From: Polyangiaceae bacterium
GTDB lineage: Bacteria > Myxococcota_A > Polyangia > Polyangiales > Polyangiaceae
Direction of reading: 5' to 3'
Assembly: GCA_020633235.1 (NCBI GenBank)
Contig: JACKEA010000011.1
Coordinates: 7,979-71,978 of the forward strand
DNA: 64,000 bases
In this document: piece after piece, positions 44,264 to 52,597 of the stretch
Numbering within the stretch: position 1 is the first letter of the stretch
How the letters are laid out: every line of letters begins with the position of its first letter
Position numbers and translations under genes: made by a program
The notes under the pieces: model-generated
Told to the model about the DNA's origin: nothing
Databases searched by the model: none
What the model saw: only the letters and a program-made list of their open reading frames with translations

Positions 44264-44877
44264 CCGCTGCCGCGCGCAAGGAAGCCAAGGATCCAGTAGC
44301 GCACGCTCGACGCACTCTGCTCGAGGGCGTGGGTCGCGAGGTCGCGGCTTCTTTCCCAGGCATCACGCGCCTGGGCGGGCAGATCGTCGCCGCGCTGTAC
44401 CTCGCCGGCGAGCCCCGCAGCATGGATCAACTGAGCGCCGAGCTCGGCCGCGCCAAGAGCAACGTGTTCGGCAACCTGCGGGCGTTGGAAGCCGCGCAGA
44501 TCGTCGAGCGCCGCCGAGAGCCCGGCATTCGCCACGATACCTTCGCCCTCCGCGGCGCTTATCCCGACGTGATCGTGGGGGCGTACATCTCGCGGCTGCG
44601 TCAGGTCGTGGGTGACAAGCGCGCGCTGGTCGAGCGCAGCCTGGAGCTCTTGGGTGACGCCACGGGACCCGAGGCGGACGTGCTGCGTGAGCGTCTGGAC
44701 GAGCTCGGGCGTAAGTATGCGCTGTTCGGCGAGGTCTTCGACAAGCTGCTTCCCGGATTGGAAGGGCCCATCGACTTGGAACGACTCGTGCGCAAGATCC
44801 CGCGCGACGTGATCAAGAGCCTCGCCGGATTGGTGCAAAGTGCCGTGAGCCTCGGCAAGCGCTTGCGTCCGCGCTGA
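44260..44877 (+). CDS. winged-helix transcriptional regulator (MarR/GbsR-like)
   Basis: GTG 44260 overlaps the pcnB stop. The wHTH region is RSMDQLSAELGRAKSNVFGNLRALEAAQIVERR. Confidence 0.6.
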   Translation: MTAAARKEAKDPVAHARRTLLEGVGREVAASFPGITRLGGQIVAALYLAGEPRSMDQLSAELGRAKSNVFGNLRALEAAQIVERRREPGIRHDTFALRGAYPDVIVGAYISRLRQVVGDKRALVERSLELLGDATGPEADVLRERLDELGRKYALFGEVFDKLLPGLEGPIDLERLVRKIPRDVIKSLAGLVQSAVSLGKRLRPR

Positions 44878-44945
44878 TTCCGCGGCGGACCGACATCCAG
44901 AAGAAACCGATCACGGATTTCATTTTGGTCGATGCGCCGCGGTAA
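44878..44945. repeat. dispersed intergenic element (core + inverted partner)
   Basis: Exact 19/19 core at 44878-44896, immediately after stop 44875-44877. The partner ttggtcgatgcgccgcggtaa is at 44925-44945. Confidence 0.6.
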
Positions 44946-44956
44946 CACCGCGGACG

Positions 44957-46219
44957 TCAACGCGCGACGCGATAGATGGCGCCTTGAGTGGGCGCATTGC
45001 TGCCGGACAGCAGCCAGTAGACGTGGGTGGCGTCCATTGCGAGCGATTCGGGATTGCCGAGTCCCGTGCCCAGCGACACGTCGGGACCAACGGTCGTCCC
45101 CTGCACCGTGGCCACCCATACCGAGCCATCGCCGAAGGTGGGCCACGTGCCGCGGTTCGCCCAATAGACCTTGCCATCGGCGTAGAGGACGGCGCTGGTC
45201 ACCAACTGGTCCTTCGCAATGGTCAGCGGCGAGCCGCCAGCTTTGGGCACGCGGTAGACTTTGCCGACGCCCCAGCCGATGTTGTCGAAGTCCGCGAAGA
45301 ACGCATGGGTATCCGTCACATCGAGAGCGATGGCGCCGGGGTTCGGCGAACCGATGGCCTGCGGTGTATGGGGTGCGGCTTTCGGCACGCGGTAGATCGC
45401 GATCGACTTGGCGCCGGCGAGGTAGATGTAAGCGGCATCGAGGCGCACGGTGAGCGGACACAGCGTGATGTCGACCAACTTGGCCACTCCGGTGCCGTCC
45501 AGGTTCGCGCGGTAGAGCTCACCGCTGGAAGCCGAGGCACACGTCGCCCAGTACACGCCACTCGCGTCCACGTTGAAGGAATCGGTGGGCGCTCCAATCT
45601 TGACGATGCTCTTTGGGGCGCCGCCGGCCTCTGGGGCGCGGAAGATCTCGTCGCCCTTGTTCACGAAGGCATACACGTAGCTGCCTTCCGTGTAGACCTC
45701 CCAGACGTCGACCCCGACATGCTCGTTCGTGGTGCTCTTGGTCGTGCGATCGTATCTGTACAGATCGCCCGTGAGGCTGTTGCCCCAGAAGATGGCCGAC
45801 GTCGTGGGCGTCACGCTGACGGAACCGTGGATCGCCGTCGTCACCAGCTCGGGTTGGCACTGTCCGCCGGCGCAACTGGCGCCGAGGCAGGAGTGACCGC
45901 AGCTGCCGCAGTTGTCCGGGTCGGTATCGACGTTGGCGGTGCAGCCGCCGCTGCCCGCGGCGCCCGCGCTGCCCCCCATGCCCGCGAGGCCACCGCCGCC
46001 CGAAGCTCCGCCGCCACCCGCCAGCCCGCCGCCGCCTGCGCCGCCGCCGCTCCCGGCCACGCCAGCGCCGCCCCCCGTTGCGCCGTTACCCGCTGCCCCG
46101 CCGGAGGTACCGCTGTCGGTCTTGTCTTCCAGCGTGGCGTCGTCGATGCCGAACAGGGCGTTGCAGCCCAGCGCACCACTCAGCAGTAGGGCCGGGAGTA
46201 TTTCGCGACGTCGGGGCAT
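44957..46219 (-). CDS. lipoprotein with Gly-rich linker, Cys knot and beta-propeller-like domain
   Basis: Lipobox LSGALGC. DPDNCGSCGHSCLGASCAGGQC is followed by repeated ...VYWA / IYRV blade-like motifs. Confidence 0.7.
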   Translation of the reverse strand: MPRRREILPALLLSGALGCNALFGIDDATLEDKTDSGTSGGAAGNGATGGGAGVAGSGGGAGGGGLAGGGGASGGGGLAGMGGSAGAAGSGGCTANVDTDPDNCGSCGHSCLGASCAGGQCQPELVTTAIHGSVSVTPTTSAIFWGNSLTGDLYRYDRTTKSTTNEHVGVDVWEVYTEGSYVYAFVNKGDEIFRAPEAGGAPKSIVKIGAPTDSFNVDASGVYWATCASASSGELYRANLDGTGVAKLVDITLCPLTVRLDAAYIYLAGAKSIAIYRVPKAAPHTPQAIGSPNPGAIALDVTDTHAFFADFDNIGWGVGKVYRVPKAGGSPLTIAKDQLVTSAVLYADGKVYWANRGTWPTFGDGSVWVATVQGTTVGPDVSLGTGLGNPESLAMDATHVYWLLSGSNAPTQGAIYRVAR

Positions 46220-46246
46220 CGAGGTTCAGGGTAGCCCAATTGCGGC

Positions 46247-47287
46247 TCAGAATCTGGCGCCGCCGAGAAGTCCCGCATGCCTCGGACCGCCGGTGGGGCT
46301 GAGCCACCAGCTGGCCGTGGGCTCCCGCGGAGCGGTCAAGAACATCACGGCGCCGCCGACCGTGGCGACCGCGCCAACACTCATGAAGACGGTAGCCAGA
46401 TTGCCGGAGCTCCGTGCGTCGTCGCGCAAGCTCTTCCCGGTGCTGTCACACACGTCCCCACGGCAGTAGGCGGACGAGTCGTCGTTCTTGGAGATGGCAC
46501 GTCCCAAGAACACCCCGCCAACGCCCAGTGCCACGACCCCGCTCCCGCCCACGACCACACCCCACAAGCGCTGTGTGTCGCCTCGGCCGGTGTCCCGGGC
46601 GGGGCTCGGGCGCTCGGGACTCGGCGCGGGCGCCGGCGGTGCTGGCTTCACCGCAGCCGGAGCGGGCTCCTCGGGGGCTCGGGGTTGGACGACCTCGACG
46701 GGAGGCGCCTCGCCGACGGCGGGCACGACCACCCGAAGGGTCTTGCCCGCTATCGCGATGATCCGTTGCTCTGAGCCCTGGCGTCCGGGAGCCGATGCGA
46801 CCAACTGATGCTCCCCGGGGTCTACGGGGATGGGCTTGTCCCACAAGCGGCGAGGGATTTCTTCTTCGTCCCTCCGGATCGTCAGATCGTCCGGACGATC
46901 GCTCGGCTCCACGACGACGTAGGCCAAGCGGGACGTGAGCGCGTCAGCCTTCTTGCGGGCGAAGGCTTCGCGCTCGGCTTGTTGTTGCGTGCGCGCCAGG
47001 GCGGCAGCGCGCTTGTAGGTGACCCACGCGCTGGCAGTGCGGTTCAGCTTCTCGTAACAGGTTGCCAAGTTGAGCAACGTGCCAACCGCCGCGTCGGTGG
47101 CTTGGCTGTCTTCGAACTTCTCGCAGGCCACGGAGTAGTCGCCGCGCTGCATGGCCTCTCGACCCTGCACGAACAATGCTTCGGCGGTTGCCTTCTGTGA
47201 GGCAGTGTCGTCGGCGCTCGCCCCGCTAGCCATGACCAGCGTGGCCAGCAGCGAGACGACCGCCAGGTAGCGTCGAAAGCTATTCAC
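46247..47287 (-). CDS. secreted/membrane-anchored TPR-like protein, downstream partner of the Ser/Thr kinase
   Basis: It has a signal peptide, a TPR-like helix pair (AEALFVQGREAMQRGDYSVACEKF), a Pro-rich linker and a C-terminal TM. It overlaps the kinase stop by 8 nt. Confidence 0.65.
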   Translation of the reverse strand: MNSFRRYLAVVSLLATLVMASGASADDTASQKATAEALFVQGREAMQRGDYSVACEKFEDSQATDAAVGTLLNLATCYEKLNRTASAWVTYKRAAALARTQQQAEREAFARKKADALTSRLAYVVVEPSDRPDDLTIRRDEEEIPRRLWDKPIPVDPGEHQLVASAPGRQGSEQRIIAIAGKTLRVVVPAVGEAPPVEVVQPRAPEEPAPAAVKPAPPAPAPSPERPSPARDTGRGDTQRLWGVVVGGSGVVALGVGGVFLGRAISKNDDSSAYCRGDVCDSTGKSLRDDARSSGNLATVFMSVGAVATVGGAVMFLTAPREPTASWWLSPTGGPRHAGLLGGARF

Positions 47288-48674
47288 GGTCCATCAATAG
47301 CGGGTTTTCCGTGCCGCTGCGCTTGGTGGGCGGCGTGGGTTCCTTCGGCTGCTCGGGGCGCTGGCGGATCACGGTGCGGGGAGTTGGCTCGGGTTCCGTG
47401 CTGGCCATGGGCGGCGCGGGCTTCGTGGTTGAATGCTCCGAGGATGGCTTGCGGGAGAGCGCGTCGAGGAACGCTTGGTACGCCTGGCGTTCCGGCTGCA
47501 ACCCGGTGGTGAGCAAGGCCGGAGCTTCTCCACCGAGCAAGAACAGCGTCCCCGCCAAGGGCACCACCGCGGCCAGCGCGGCCCACCACAGCCGCCGCCG
47601 GGACCGGGGCCGTACCGGCTCCTCGTGCGAGAGCCCGTCCGTGGTGCTGCTGGAGAACGCGGACGGGGGGCCGTGAGAAGAAACGGTGAGGGCGTCCGCT
47701 GCGGGCTGCAGCTCGGACGGCTTCGGTGCCTCGCTGCTCCAGCGGTGGATTCGAGCCAGTTTTGCCTGACTCGTGGCCGGGGCGAAGGGACCGACGGCGG
47801 CCGCCAGATCTCGTATCGAAGCAAACCGGCGCGCGGGGTCCTTCTCCAGGCAGCGCATTATGACTTCGCTCAGGGCCTCGGAAACCTCGACGCGCTGGTG
47901 GAGAGGGGTCGGGTCGACGTGCAGCACGGCGCCGCAGATCTCCGACATCGATTCCGCGTCGAAGGGGGACGCGCCGGACAACAGCTCGTAGGCCGTGATG
48001 CCCAACGCCCAGATGTCCGCGCGCGCATCCACGGTGGAGCTGGGCCGCATCTGTTCCGGTGACATGTAGCGAGGAGAGCCGATCCAGCCGCCGGTCTCCG
48101 TCGCGCTGAAGTCGCCTTCGCTCACCGATTGAGCTGCCTTGGCGATTCCGAAGTCCAGAACGCGCAGGCGCTCGCTGCCGTCCTTGCCACGCGCCAAGAA
48201 CAGATTCGCCGGCTTCACGTCGCGATGAACGATGCCAGCCGCGTGGGCTTCCGCGAGGCCGTCACAGGCCTCGATCAGAAAGCCGGCGACCTGCTCTGGG
48301 GTCAGGGGGCCGGAGCGATCCAAGCGGCGCGCCAGATCCTCGCCTTCCAGGTACTCCATCACCATGTACGGCGCGCCGTCTTCCAGCGTGCCCACGTCGA
48401 GCACGCGCGCCACGTGCTCGCTCTCCAAGCGTACGGCGGCGCGGGCTTCCCGCAGGAAGCGAGCCACGTGTCGCTGCTCTTGGGCCAGCTCGTTGCGGAG
48501 CACCTTGAGCGCGACCGGATGGTTCAAGACCAGGTGCTGGGCCTTGGCGACGATGCCAATGCCCCCACGCCCGAGGAGCCGCTCGATGCGGTACTTCTCG
48601 TCGATCACTTGACCGACGCTGATTGGGCAATCCTCCTCCGACATCCGGCTAGGAATGTAGCGCGCTCTCGCCAC
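47280..48674 (-). CDS. Ser/Thr protein kinase
   Basis: GRGGIGIV, VALK, HRDVKPANLF, DFGIA and SPEQ motifs, with a C-terminal TM segment. Confidence 0.9.
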   Translation of the reverse strand: MARARYIPSRMSEEDCPISVGQVIDEKYRIERLLGRGGIGIVAKAQHLVLNHPVALKVLRNELAQEQRHVARFLREARAAVRLESEHVARVLDVGTLEDGAPYMVMEYLEGEDLARRLDRSGPLTPEQVAGFLIEACDGLAEAHAAGIVHRDVKPANLFLARGKDGSERLRVLDFGIAKAAQSVSEGDFSATETGGWIGSPRYMSPEQMRPSSTVDARADIWALGITAYELLSGASPFDAESMSEICGAVLHVDPTPLHQRVEVSEALSEVIMRCLEKDPARRFASIRDLAAAVGPFAPATSQAKLARIHRWSSEAPKPSELQPAADALTVSSHGPPSAFSSSTTDGLSHEEPVRPRSRRRLWWAALAAVVPLAGTLFLLGGEAPALLTTGLQPERQAYQAFLDALSRKPSSEHSTTKPAPPMASTEPEPTPRTVIRQRPEQPKEPTPPTKRSGTENPLLMDRE

Positions 48675-48696
48675 TCTCGGTCAAGGACGAGGTAGG

Positions 48697-50124
48697 TCAA
48701 CTCTCATCCGAGCGCGGTACGCCCAGCTTCTTCATCAGGCGATAGAGCACGAACCGGTTCTTCAGCCCGAGCGCCTGGGCCGCTCGTGTCACGCTGCCGC
48801 CGGCTTGGGACAGCGCGGACTCGATCGCCTCGCGGGTGAGCTCGGGTGTCTCTTCGGAGGCGTGTCGCGAGAGGGCATCGCTGACTTCGGGGGTCAGCGC
48901 GATGAACTTGTCGCCGCTGGTGGAGAACGCGACCAGCAGCGCTCGCTCGAGCTCGCGCGTGTGCTCCAGGTAGTCATGACGGAGCAGGGTCTCGATCAAC
49001 TCCGGTGCCAGGCGCGGGTGACTCCCGTCCGCCTCGAAGAAGCGCTCGGTGAGGTCTGGGTGCGTTGCGGCAAAGGTCCTGAGCAGGTGGTTCACGAGCA
49101 GCGGAATGTCCTCGATGCGCTCGGCAAGGCCCGGAACGCGAACGCGCATCTTGAGCCGGGCGGCAAAGTCGCGCTTCAGCTCTTCGATGTGGCGATTGGT
49201 CGCCGCCACCAAGCGCAGGTCGGAGCGCCGCATGGCGGAGTCCCCCAGCCGCTGATACTCACCGTCGCGATCGAGCACCCTCAGCAGGTGCGGCTGTAGC
49301 GATGCGGGTAGCTCGCCGATCTCGTCCAGGAACAGCGTGCCGCCATCGGCCTCGGCGATCAGGCCGGGGCGCAGCGGTGATCCCACGTTGGGGTAGTCCT
49401 TCACGGTGCCGAACAGCTCGGCGTCCACCAGGGACGCGGGCAGGGTCGCAGCATTGCGAGCCACGAACGAGCGCTTGGCACGTGGTGACAGCGTGTGTAC
49501 GGCGTGCGCCGCCAGCTCCTTGCCGGCGCCGGTGTCGCCCAAGAGCAACACGTGCTGTTGTGATCGTGCAGCGAACGCCAGCGTGTCGCGGAGATGCCAC
49601 GCCGCCGGACTCTCGCCCACGATTCCATCGGGGTCCGGCGATCCAAAGGGAAAGCTGCGGTCGCCAGGGTAGTGGTTCAGCGGGGAAAAAGCCTTTGGGC
49701 GCCTCACCACCAAGAGCACCATTGCCCAGTGCAGCCGCAGCACGTCACCGTGCCCCACGGTGGCGCTGTCGGTGAGCACACCATTGACGTAGAGCTTGCA
49801 GCGCCCGGTGTTTTCGACCTCGAGCCTTTGACCCCGCGGTCTGAGCACGAGCTGTTCGCGGGAGATGCGTTGCCCCGCCAGGGGCGGCGTGGGGCGCATG
49901 CCGCTCGGGCGTTGCCTCTGGAAGACGACTCGGGACCGCTTGCCGTCCTCGTCGACGGTGCCCCGCCCCAGCATTGAAGCCTGCTCGATCGGGGCCGCTT
50001 CGCCAACGCGATCCGGCTCCTCCAAAGACCAGGCGATGACGACGTGCAGTCCCTCCTCCGTCGGTCCGTCGGGCCCCGTCTCCCACGGGATGCCGTCATT
50101 CGTGTCGGTCGTCTCGCCGGTCAC
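48697..50124 (-). CDS. FHA-domain + AAA+ (sigma-54-interaction type) + Fis-type HTH regulator; GAFTGA loop not conserved
   Basis: This is the 3' part of track ORF 48697..50895. It has FHA-like LGRG...ISREQLVL...LYVNG, Walker A GDTGAGKE, Walker B LFLDEIG, and a C-terminal HTH AAQALGLKNRFVLYRLMKK. The start is uncertain. I prefer GTG 50124 over ATG 50265, which abuts a copy of the intergenic repeat. Confidence 0.75.
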   Translation of the reverse strand: MTGETTDTNDGIPWETGPDGPTEEGLHVVIAWSLEEPDRVGEAAPIEQASMLGRGTVDEDGKRSRVVFQRQRPSGMRPTPPLAGQRISREQLVLRPRGQRLEVENTGRCKLYVNGVLTDSATVGHGDVLRLHWAMVLLVVRRPKAFSPLNHYPGDRSFPFGSPDPDGIVGESPAAWHLRDTLAFAARSQQHVLLLGDTGAGKELAAHAVHTLSPRAKRSFVARNAATLPASLVDAELFGTVKDYPNVGSPLRPGLIAEADGGTLFLDEIGELPASLQPHLLRVLDRDGEYQRLGDSAMRRSDLRLVAATNRHIEELKRDFAARLKMRVRVPGLAERIEDIPLLVNHLLRTFAATHPDLTERFFEADGSHPRLAPELIETLLRHDYLEHTRELERALLVAFSTSGDKFIALTPEVSDALSRHASEETPELTREAIESALSQAGGSVTRAAQALGLKNRFVLYRLMKKLGVPRSDES

Positions 50125-50194
50125 TCGCGGAAACTTATGCGGTTTGTGCCCCGAAGATCCATGATCAACGGCGATGCCGACGACGCCAGGCGGT

Positions 50195-50263
50195 TTCCGC
50201 GCCGGACCAACAACCAGGAATTCCAAGCCACGGAGTTTGGTTTTGTCGGGGCGGCGCGGTTCC
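50195..50263. repeat. dispersed intergenic element (core variant + inverted partner)
   Basis: ttccgcgccggaccaacaa (16/19) at 50195-50213. The partner ttttgtcggggcggcgcggttcc is at 50241-50263. Confidence 0.5.
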
Positions 50264-50292
50264 ATCGCGGACGCTTGCGTATGCTTGGGGCG

Positions 50293-51129
50293 ATGAACCG
50301 GCTCGGGTTCGCGCTGCTGCTCGCGTCGTGTGCCGGCAGCAAAGCGCCCGTGGCACCAGCGCCCGTCGTGGTGCAAGCGCCCGCGGCGGTGCCCGACAGC
50401 ACCGCGCCGCCGCCGGTGCAACAGAGCTCGGCGTTCGCCCAGAGTCCGATCACGCCGTTGGCGGACTCCATCGAGGTACTGACTCGAGCGCTGTTGATGG
50501 GCGGCCGCTTGCCCGACACCGGAATCGAGCTCGAGCCGTACTCGAACGCCGAAGATCTCGTCGAGATGGACGAGCGGCCCGACGCCGAAGCGTTCCACAG
50601 CGTGCTCTTCGACGTGCGCTTCCTCGCCGTGCTGCTTCCCGAGGAAGAGGCGCTGCCCCGCACGTACGGGCCCCAGACGAGCAACGCAGGGGCGGTGGAG
50701 ATCGAGCTGGTGCTCACCCGCGCGGGCCTGAAAGTGGGGAGCGTGCGCGAGCATCGCTGGGTCGACGGGCTTCCGTTGCCTGCTTGGCTCGCGGGCGTCG
50801 CGAAGCCCAGCGAGGACGTCCTTGCCGCGCTGCAGTCCAAGACGCTGGACCGCATGTTGGTGGGCATCGACGAGAAGCGCATTCTGGAGCCCCACAAGCT
50901 GTGGATGAACGATCGCTTCCAGCTGATGGGCGATCCCGGGATTCGGGAGTGCGGCGAGATCGCCGCCGCAGCGAAGACCAAGAAGCCGCTGGGCTATCGG
51001 GGAACCGAAGCGGTGCTATGGCTGGTGGATGGCGACGCGGCCTGGGCGCTCCGCTACGAGCTCCGCGAAGTGGACGGTCGCATCGTGCTGGGCACGCACC
51101 CGCTGGTGATGGGCGGTAAGATCCGCTGA
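50293..51129 (+). CDS. lipoprotein, function unknown
   Basis: ATG 50293 (MNRLGFALLLASCAG lipobox), within track ORF 50044..51129. Confidence 0.65.
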   Translation: MNRLGFALLLASCAGSKAPVAPAPVVVQAPAAVPDSTAPPPVQQSSAFAQSPITPLADSIEVLTRALLMGGRLPDTGIELEPYSNAEDLVEMDERPDAEAFHSVLFDVRFLAVLLPEEEALPRTYGPQTSNAGAVEIELVLTRAGLKVGSVREHRWVDGLPLPAWLAGVAKPSEDVLAALQSKTLDRMLVGIDEKRILEPHKLWMNDRFQLMGDPGIRECGEIAAAAKTKKPLGYRGTEAVLWLVDGDAAWALRYELREVDGRIVLGTHPLVMGGKIR

Positions 51130-51174
51130 TTCCGTTCTCGCCTGGGCAACGAGCTTGCGTGACAATGCACCCGG

Positions 51175-51747
51175 ATGCGCCACGTTCTCGCTCTTGCGTC
51201 GCTCGTCGTCCCCTGCGCCTGCGCGGGCGCGCCTCCCTCCTCCCCCGCGGCATCCGTGGCGGAGGTGCCGCGCGCCGGCACTGGCCAAGCAGCCGGCGCC
51301 GAAGCGCCGAGCCGTGTCGACCCGCCCGCTGCGGCGTGCGACACGGAGCAGCTGCCGCCCAAGGAGCTGGTCGCCGACAACCTCGGCGCCACGGACGTAA
51401 CCGGACTCGCTGAAATCACGGAAGCGTCGGTTTCGGATCCGCAGGCCACGGGCGGCTACGTGAACGTGCTCTACGACGTCCGCGTGCTCGAGCAGTACGC
51501 CGGCTCATCCCTGCCCAACGAGCTGCGCCTGTCACAGGGCGCCGAGGTCCCCGCGCATCCCCGCGCCATCGGCACGCTCTTGTTCTTCAGCGCTTGTCGC
51601 TCCGGCGATGGTACGGCGTTCGAGCCCGACGTCGGCTACTTCTTCCCGATCCCACCAGGGTGCCGGCCGCAGATCGAAGCCATGGCCCGCGCCGCCCAAG
51701 CGCAGCACGCCGAGCGCAGCGGTCCCTTTCCCGCCTGCGCGCGCTGA
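51175..51747 (+). CDS. secreted/lipoprotein, function unknown
   Basis: MRHVLALASLVVPCACAG signal, 190 aa. Confidence 0.6.
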   Translation: MRHVLALASLVVPCACAGAPPSSPAASVAEVPRAGTGQAAGAEAPSRVDPPAAACDTEQLPPKELVADNLGATDVTGLAEITEASVSDPQATGGYVNVLYDVRVLEQYAGSSLPNELRLSQGAEVPAHPRAIGTLLFFSACRSGDGTAFEPDVGYFFPIPPGCRPQIEAMARAAQAQHAERSGPFPACAR

Positions 51748-51921
51748 CTCACATGCTGCGCGTGCATGTCGATCGTGACCAAGTGGAGGTCACATTCGGG
51801 GGCACGACGTGGCTGAGCGCTGCAGCCACTGCGCGTGGGACCACCCTATCCACACACGCAACCAGCCGCGGCTGGAGTCGACAGGTGGCCTCCGCCATCG
51901 CCGGCGGCTACACTGTGAGGA

Positions 51922-52272
51922 GTGAGCATGGGTTCTGACGACGTGACCATCGGGGTCCTACGGGCGATTCGCGACGAGGTATCGCTCACCAATCAGCGCT
52001 TGGACCAGACGAATCAGCGCTTGGACCAGACGAATCACCGCTTGGACCAGACGAATCAGCGTTTGGAGGCGATGCGTGACGAGCTATCGCGCCGCATCGT
52101 GGAGTCCGAGGTGCGCACCGCAACGGCCATCACCGAGCTGGCCGGTACGGTCCGCGAAATGACCGCGATCTTGCGGGCGTCCCATGACCTTCGCCCGCGG
52201 CTCGAACGCTGCGAGGGGGACATCGTCGCGTTGAGTCGTCGGGTGGACGCGCTGTCGGGCTCCGGCGGCTAG
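51922..52272 (+). CDS. small coiled-coil protein with four TNQRLDQ heptad repeats
   Basis: 116-aa ORF containing four 21-nt tandem repeats. The start could be ATG 51928. Confidence 0.55.
   Translation: MSMGSDDVTIGVLRAIRDEVSLTNQRLDQTNQRLDQTNHRLDQTNQRLEAMRDELSRRIVESEVRTATAITELAGTVREMTAILRASHDLRPRLERCEGDIVALSRRVDALSGSGG
51988..52071 (+). repeat. 4 x 21-nt tandem repeat (TNQRLDQ heptads)
   Basis: ac(c/g)aatca(g/c)cg(c/t)ttgga(c/g)cag units lie head to tail. Confidence 0.9.
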
Positions 52273-52444
52273 CTACTGCGAGCGCGCGGCGCCCGATGGG
52301 TCCGGCTCGAGCGCAATTCCGCTTGCGGGGTTCGGCGCGGGCATGAGGGCTTCTGACCTCGGCTCCGAGCAGGTCTCGGTAGAACGAGAGGCTCGCCGTG
52401 AGATCTCTCGAGTACACGTGGACGTGGTCGAAGCTCGTGATCAT
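52270..52444 (-). pseudogene. remnant of a VOC/glyoxalase-family gene (N-terminal about 30 codons intact, rest out of frame/truncated)
   Basis: MITSFDHVHVYSRDLTASLSFYRDLLGAEV is a typical VOC N-terminus. A plausible continuation (...GIALEPDP...) is in another frame, and there is no room for a full ~125-aa domain. Confidence 0.35.
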
Positions 52445-52597
52445 GAAGGGAGACAAGACCAAGCGCAGGGTCGTGTCCAGCAGGCAGGGGACAACCGCGC
52501 ATTTCGCCCGTTTGCATTTGCTTGTTGGAGCGACGCGGCCACGTCTCGCTACGGCCCTGGGATGCGAGCTCCGGGGGAGGCGTGGTAGGTTCGAGGT

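Noticed and set aside
50266-50895. N-terminal extension of the FHA/AAA+ regulator ORF
   Set aside because: It is antisense to the lipoprotein gene at 50293..51129, crosses the intergenic repeat pair, and has no domain signal.
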